64,000 nucleotides of DNA from Sorangiineae bacterium NIC37A_2 (GTDB lineage: Bacteria > Myxococcota_A > Polyangia > Polyangiales > Polyangiaceae), in NCBI GenBank assembly GCA_002085155.1, contig NASX01000009.1, positions 59,323-123,322 on the forward strand. Reading direction: 5' to 3'. The translations under genes were made by a program, and so were the position numbers. Of this stretch, positions 63,360 through 64,000 are shown in pieces (the first letter of the stretch is position 1; every line of letters starts with the position of its first letter). A model generated the notes under the pieces. The model searched no databases, had not been told where the DNA came from, and was given only the letters and a program-made list of their open reading frames with translations.

Positions 63360-64000
63360 GTGCGCCTCGTGACCTCAGCCCCCAAGTGTCCCTCTTCTAC
63401 GGACTCGGAGTCCGCGGAGAGGTATTCTTGCGCGCTGCACGAAGTTTCCAATGCGCTCACCGTCATCTTGGGATGGTTAGAGCTTGCAGAGAACAGTGAC
63501 TCCCGCGCCGATCTGAAGCGAGCGCTCGAGGTCGCTCGTGAGCATGCTCAGCGTGGTCAGGTGATTGCGCGACGGGCGATCGGTTCGAGCGTTGAGTCCC
63601 AGCAGGGTGGCAGGAGCGCTCAATCCATCGGGAGCTTCGCGGCGGTGTCGGTGGAACCGTCGGCGCGCGCGAAGCGCGTGAAGATTGACGTGAAGTCCGG
63701 CGCGGGGACGGAGGCGAGTCTCGATGGAGAAGCCGCCGTACTTCAGATCCTGACGAATCTTCTACTCAACGCGATCGCGTTCTCGCCAGACGACGGGATC
63801 ATCTCCCTCGAGATCCTGCGCCAAGGTGACGCGGTCCGGTTCATTGTCACGGATCAGGGACCTGGCGTGCCGCCTGCGCTGCGCGACAGCTTGTTCACGT
63901 CGCGCGCTTCGCTGCGCCCCGGCGGGGCCGGAATTGGCCTGCCCCATTCGCGGGCTCTCGCCTCTGAACACGGAGGAAGTCTTGAGCTGCTTCCATCGAA
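63360..64000 (+). CDS. Histidine kinase, DHp + HATPase_c only (3' end outside the window)
   Basis: It is not in the ORF track because the frame runs off the window. The frame opens after TAG 63321-63323, with GTG 63360 or 63369 as possible starts. The H-box is ALHEVSNALTVILGWLELA, the N-box is ILTNLLLNAIAFS, G1 is TDQGPGVP and G2 is GGAGIGLPHSRAL. Confidence 0.75.
   Translation, partial: MRLVTSAPKCPSSTDSESAERYSCALHEVSNALTVILGWLELAENSDSRADLKRALEVAREHAQRGQVIARRAIGSSVESQQGGRSAQSIGSFAAVSVEPSARAKRVKIDVKSGAGTEASLDGEAAVLQILTNLLLNAIAFSPDDGIISLEILRQGDAVRFIVTDQGPGVPPALRDSLFTSRASLRPGGAGIGLPHSRALASEHGGSLELLPS

Overview
This is 64 kb of high-GC bacterial chromosome (by eye about two-thirds G+C) that is almost entirely coding. 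I call about 56 CDS. I saw no rRNA, tRNA, CRISPR array, transposase or integrase. The protein style looks Myxococcota/deltaproteobacteria-like: lipobox signal peptides followed by long Gly/Ala/Ser linkers, and many FHA, PEGA, TPR, PD40 and ECF-sigma proteins. That taxonomic call is inference only.

Layout from left to right:
- Flagellar patch: fliD (partial), fliS, a translationally coupled methyltransferase-TPR gene, an SDR-like gene, a flgJ-like hydrolase, flgF and a CheY-like receiver. Mirrored sigma-54-like motifs sit in the flgJ/flgF divergent spacer, and two GGA-loop hairpins sit in front of fliS.
- An ECF sigma / anti-sigma / PD40 / jelly-roll four-gene module.
- A GMC-oxidoreductase locus that looks frameshifted and lacks the FAD-binding N-terminus.
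- A GH5 glycosidase with an AraC/GAF regulator.
- A cheW-like / cheW / globin-like / 81-aa MCP-tip-like operon, next to a PilZ gene.
- A long housekeeping and metabolic block: 2-hydroxyacid dehydrogenase, acyl-CoA dehydrogenase, Rieske oxygenase, dtd, glucokinase, glgP, aspartate kinase, rplS, argS, purL, rplC, rlmE and thrC.
- Embedded in that block: a multi-FHA ABC exporter with an FHA/vWA-like membrane partner, an RluA-methyltransferase fusion, and a repeat-rich secreted protein.
- Right end: a PEGA protein divergent from a 2062-aa helical-repeat protein, then a 625-aa beta-sandwich protein and a sensor-less histidine kinase (partial).

Most long ORFs antisense to these genes are high-GC shadow ORFs.

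The best candidates for undescribed biology are:
- the split globin / CheW / mini-MCP module
- the giant helical-repeat gene cluster
- the fliS-coupled methyltransferase-TPR
- the FHA-gated ABC pair

All functional calls rest on motif-level reading of the translations. No database search was run.
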